A stretch of 64,000 nucleotides of DNA, taken from IMG/VR virus record IMGVR_UViG_3300043410_001892, positions 308,174-372,173 of that record; one strand, written 5' to 3'. The notes beneath the pieces were generated by a model. That model saw only the letters and a list, made by a program, of their open reading frames with translations, was not told the origin of the DNA and ran no database searches. This document shows, in pieces, positions 60,207 through 64,000 of this stretch. Every line of letters starts with the position of its first letter. Position 1 is the first letter of the stretch. Position numbers and translations under genes: made by a program.

Positions 60207-60278
60207 ATGATACCTGGACCGCCTGCACCAAACACAATAAACTGGTTTTGTGTTAGACCAGTGAGGGATATTAAATGA
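60207..60278 (+). pseudogene. Vestigial array A member (23 aa)
   Basis: MIPGPPAPNTINWFCVRPVRDIK; keeps the CCAGTGAGGGATATTAAATGA junction. Confidence 0.6.
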
Positions 60279-60664
60279 CTATCGAAACTGCTAAAGAGTA
60301 TATCAAACACCGTGCAAGACCGCGATACACCAAATATTACGATGAAAGTGCAGTAGTTGAAACTACAATGCGATCTGGATGGATAGTGCATGATTTTAAA
60401 TTATCAGTTGAGCATAACCTCAACCTAATCCATGATGTAGCCCGTGCTTGGCTAACATCAACTCATGAGGAACGTATTGCCAACTGCAAGGCGACAACTT
60501 ACGACGAATGGTTGAAGAATCCTAAATCAGATTTTATTATGGTTCGTGATGGCCATAGAAGAGAAGTACAACGAGTAAATGATATTACTGAAATAGAAAA
60601 AACGCATACCTTTGAAGGTATGAGTACATTAGGCACTATGCCTATATTTCGCAAACAGGTTTAA
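60275..60664 (+). CDS. Hypothetical protein
   Basis: 129 aa, coupled to the vestigial ORF. Confidence 0.65.
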   Translation: MTIETAKEYIKHRARPRYTKYYDESAVVETTMRSGWIVHDFKLSVEHNLNLIHDVARAWLTSTHEERIANCKATTYDEWLKNPKSDFIMVRDGHRREVQRVNDITEIEKTHTFEGMSTLGTMPIFRKQV

Positions 60665-60732
60665 AAATCATTTGCAATCCAGCTTACACTTTGCTATAAT
60701 ATATTTTTTTAACGCACACATGAGGCAAACGC

Positions 60733-61263
60733 ATGGCACTGCTAAAATCTATGTCGCAACAAACTGTTCCAGTTCCAGTTACGGAACCAGTTACTGTATT
60801 TTCTCCATTTGGTAACAGTATAACAAATGGCATTCGCATTTCGACACATGTTAGGATTTCATTTAACACAGAAGATTTAACTCCGGTTAGCTTTTACAGT
60901 TTCTTTGCAGGTAATACATTGCCTTACCCTCATCAGCAAATGAGCTTTTCTGCGCGAGATGGCTATAAAGTAATGTACACATCAACTCCTAGTCCAGTAC
61001 ATAACATCGATGAAAATAGTTTACTTACTGTGGACAACATCATAGGTCCACATAAGATAACAGATGACATTTATGTTCATTTTAAAGATGGATATGATAT
61101 TCAAAGATCTCTAAATCTTGATATAAAAGATAGACGGCTAATAGCCTATATCCCCGATGCAAGTGGTAATAATACAGTCAGTTTAATACCACATGTCACG
61201 CGTGAAAATCTTGACGCATGGATTCGCGTGTTCTTAACATTCCGAACTTTAATAGAGGACTAA
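60733..61263 (+). CDS. Hypothetical protein
   Basis: MALLKSM; paralog of the next gene. Confidence 0.7.
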   Translation: MALLKSMSQQTVPVPVTEPVTVFSPFGNSITNGIRISTHVRISFNTEDLTPVSFYSFFAGNTLPYPHQQMSFSARDGYKVMYTSTPSPVHNIDENSLLTVDNIIGPHKITDDIYVHFKDGYDIQRSLNLDIKDRRLIAYIPDASGNNTVSLIPHVTRENLDAWIRVFLTFRTLIED

Positions 61264-61264
61264 T

Positions 61265-61786
61265 ATGTCAATTTTAAAATCAATGGTTAAACCTAGAACA
61301 ATTACTGTTGCAACTCCTCAACCAGTAGAAGATTCATATGATAAGAATACTATGCAGATTGCAGAAAATAAATGGATTCGTGCTTGTATCGATGACTTAG
61401 AAAAACCATCGTGCAATGTTAGAAGTGATGGGAACGACAGGGTATTATCGTGGGAGTTTCACGACTGGGACGACGATTACTATTCAGGTCCTGTTTGTAC
61501 AGTTGACTTTAGGAGCGGTCTTCCAGAGAAGTGCGGTGTGTTATCTTTTGATGAGGTGTTATCTTACAATGATGGAGGAGTCTACTATGTTCAGATAACA
61601 GAACCAGAATCATGTAAGAACTTAGAGGTTCAACTTACCCTTGCTGTAGATAGACGTACAGACGTATTGAGCATAGTACCTGACCCATATAATGGTGAAC
61701 GCATCTCTTTACTACATCTAGACAATCCTGCCGCACTTGATGCTTTGATTAGATCACTGATGGTTATTAGAAGTACGATCGTTTAA
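61265..61786 (+). CDS. Hypothetical protein
   Basis: MSILKSM; shares PD...SL......LDA.IR C-terminus. Confidence 0.7.
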   Translation: MSILKSMVKPRTITVATPQPVEDSYDKNTMQIAENKWIRACIDDLEKPSCNVRSDGNDRVLSWEFHDWDDDYYSGPVCTVDFRSGLPEKCGVLSFDEVLSYNDGGVYYVQITEPESCKNLEVQLTLAVDRRTDVLSIVPDPYNGERISLLHLDNPAALDALIRSLMVIRSTIV

Positions 61787-61814
61787 CAGCCACACTAAGT
61801 TGAAGAGGTATACG

Positions 61815-62627
61815 ATGGACACACTTGACCATTACGTGTTGCTAGGATTTCCTGTGCATCACAGTGAATCACCACGTATTCATGCGTTATTTGCAGAACA
61901 AACCGGGCAAAATATGAGTTATCTTGCGCAAGAAGTTAGGCCAGAAAATTTTATCGTTGCCGTCAATGAATTTTTTGAAAAAGGCGGCAAAGGCCTAAAC
62001 TGTACGCTACCACTCAAAGAATTGGCATGGGAATTTGCCACGAATAAAACGCCACGCGCCCAAGCGGCAAAAGCAGTCAATACACTGGTTTTGCAAGAAA
62101 ATGGGCAAATTTTAGGTGACAATACCGACGGCATTGGTTTAGTAACAGATTTGACAAACAATCACGGTGTCAATCTTGAAAATAAACGATTGCTTATTTT
62201 GGGAGCGGGTGGTGCTACACGCGGAATTTTATTGCCGCTACTTGATGAAAAGCCCAAAAGTATCACTATTGCTAATCGTACCGTTGAAAAAGCCATGCAA
62301 CTCGCTAATGAGTTTCAACAACACATTCATGCGTGTAGATTTGAGGCGTTAGAAAATCATCAATTCGATGTTATTTTAAACGCCACATCGGCCAGTTTGA
62401 GTGATGATTTGCCACCGCTACCAGAAAATATATTGGCTGAAAACGGCATTTGTTACGATTTAGCGTATAGCAATCAACCGACTGCGTTTGTGCGTTGGGG
62501 GATTGAGCAAAACGCCCATAAAAGCGTTGACGGCTTAGGCATGCTTGTTGAGCAAGCGGCAGAGGCTTTTTTTCTCTGGCGTGGCGTTCGTCCTAGCACA
62601 CAATTTTTATTACATGACATGAAGTAA
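61815..62627 (+). CDS. aroE: Shikimate dehydrogenase
   Basis: G.PV.HS.SP.IH, G.NCT.P.K, AVNT, GDNTDG.G, GAGGA, ANRT, NATS, YDL.Y, DGLGMLVEQAA. Confidence 0.95.
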   Translation: MDTLDHYVLLGFPVHHSESPRIHALFAEQTGQNMSYLAQEVRPENFIVAVNEFFEKGGKGLNCTLPLKELAWEFATNKTPRAQAAKAVNTLVLQENGQILGDNTDGIGLVTDLTNNHGVNLENKRLLILGAGGATRGILLPLLDEKPKSITIANRTVEKAMQLANEFQQHIHACRFEALENHQFDVILNATSASLSDDLPPLPENILAENGICYDLAYSNQPTAFVRWGIEQNAHKSVDGLGMLVEQAAEAFFLWRGVRPSTQFLLHDMK

Positions 62628-62697
62628 ATATCATTTGACAACCACACTAAATAATTGTATAATTGTTTTTTTACTTACACGCTATAGGAGCAAAAAA

Positions 62698-63069
62698 ATG
62701 TCTAAAACACTTAAAGAAACCTCACAAGCAGTTGCCAATGCTAACTTTGACGCAGCCAAAACTGCGGCAGTATTGTCAGCAGCTGGTATTGCTAACCGTC
62801 AAATTGTTAAGTTAGCAGCATCAAAAGCACCGCTAATGATGAGAGGTTACGTTGATACTGCATTTGGTAAGTTAGTTCTCGCTAACATCGCAGCACAAGG
62901 TTTAATGTATGCAAGACCAAACGATGCCAGAATCAACACCTTAGCAGAAGCTATGATGGTTACTGCTTATCAAGATGCAATTGGCGAGTTTGATATCGAT
63001 GGCATGATCGATGACTTCCTTAATACATCACAGATGAAAAAAGCATTAGCTAATTTGGAGACGGAGTAA
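62698..63069 (+). CDS. Hypothetical protein
   Basis: Start MSKTLKE, AGGAG RBS, consensus promoter at 62635. Confidence 0.7.
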   Translation: MSKTLKETSQAVANANFDAAKTAAVLSAAGIANRQIVKLAASKAPLMMRGYVDTAFGKLVLANIAAQGLMYARPNDARINTLAEAMMVTAYQDAIGEFDIDGMIDDFLNTSQMKKALANLETE

Positions 63070-63246
63070 AAACTTCCGTTTATAATAGCTTTGATAGCTT
63101 GGCTAACATCAACACTGCTGTTAGCATCTAATCCATATCCGGACTTACAAGGCTTGCTATGTCTTGTAATTACAATGACAGCAGTTGATATGGTTTCATC
63201 AACTATGGGGGAGTAATTCCCCCATTCACAGAATGGTGGTTACTTA

Positions 63247-63738
63247 ATGTTTAAGAAACACAGATCAGAACGCATCTCAGCATACTCTAACATGATTGCT
63301 GAATTGGCTATTGAGTTAGCTATGGACGATACAACAAAAGATGATGCAGTTAAATATGCAGCACGGTCTATGGGTAATATATTAGAGCGACTGATGCTAA
63401 GTCCTGAAGCGATTGAGCTACTTGACAATGACTTACAAACGAATGTAATTCCATTCTACACTCTCACAAAGTCAAAGAATGACGCTATCAGACGTGCTAA
63501 ACGAAAAGCTAAGAAAACAGACGATGACGAGTTTAATTTTGATTTAGACAAAATGAAAGCTGCTGTTGAGTCCGGACGTGTTTCAATTCCTAAAGAAGCC
63601 TTAACAAGTTTTGAAGCATTTGATAAATGGTTAAGTGAAGACACTGAACCTGTTATAAAAAAAGTTTGCGATCAAAAAGTAAATGGCAGTTGCCCATTAC
63701 ATAATCTACATTGTCAATATCCCGAATGTGAGAAATAA
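63247..63738 (+). CDS. Hypothetical protein
   Basis: C-term C....G.CPLHNLHC.YP.CE. Confidence 0.65.
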   Translation: MFKKHRSERISAYSNMIAELAIELAMDDTTKDDAVKYAARSMGNILERLMLSPEAIELLDNDLQTNVIPFYTLTKSKNDAIRRAKRKAKKTDDDEFNFDLDKMKAAVESGRVSIPKEALTSFEAFDKWLSEDTEPVIKKVCDQKVNGSCPLHNLHCQYPECEK

Positions 63739-63741
63739 ACA

Positions 63742-64000
63742 ATGATAACATTTTATCCCCGTAATATAGGAATGTGGCGTGAAGTATTTACATTTAATGA
63801 TATTACATTAAGTGTGAATAATATACAATCCAAAACATTTTATAACCGTGATGAATTGATTGAATTTTTAAAGCAACATAAAGTTAGATTAGATGATCCA
63901 AAATATCCCTTAGAATTCGATGGACCTTACGAACATCATGTCTTTGGTAATTGTGTTTATACCGTTATACAATGGTCCACTATTGGCTGGATTAAAGACG
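63742..64000 (+). CDS. Hypothetical protein, truncated by window end
   Basis: MITFYPRNIG... open to 64000. Confidence 0.55.
   Translation, partial: MITFYPRNIGMWREVFTFNDITLSVNNIQSKTFYNRDELIEFLKQHKVRLDDPKYPLEFDGPYEHHVFGNCVYTVIQWSTIGWIKD

Noticed and set aside
1-64000. tRNA or tmRNA genes
   Set aside because: No cloverleaf or GTTCRA T-arm in a tRNA context found by eye; tRNAscan or ARAGORN would be decisive

Overview
AT-rich, gene-dense fragment of a large T4-like (probably jumbo) lytic phage. No prophage, tRNA or CRISPR features were seen. The left ~43 kb is almost all minus-strand and carries T4-type late promoters (NTAAATA). It encodes large repeat, collagen and beta-helix virion proteins, PAAR, class Ia ribonucleotide reductase (nrdA/nrdB, glutaredoxin) and nucleases. 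It also encodes many host-like genes: ribosomal protein bS21, rlpA, Fe/Mn SOD, hldD-like epimerase, ybaN, yqgE, an acyl-CoA thioesterase, a lipase, and a 24-aa pqqA that the ORF track missed. The right ~21 kb is plus-strand and driven by a family of sigma70-like early promoters. It is dominated by two arrays of tiny paralogous genes: 22 mini DUF1566/Lcl-type genes and 14 HRxNGPA/HRYYGP genes. In both arrays the last codons of each gene supply the ribosome-binding site and start of the next. This half also holds a promoter-driven, highly structured ~370-nt candidate ncRNA, a dispersed GC-rich GGCCCCGCTGTACACA motif, and a compositionally foreign aroE. pqqA plus the gammaproteobacterial-type aroE suggest a methylotroph or methanotroph host (inference). 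All family calls come from motif recognition by eye, not from database searches.
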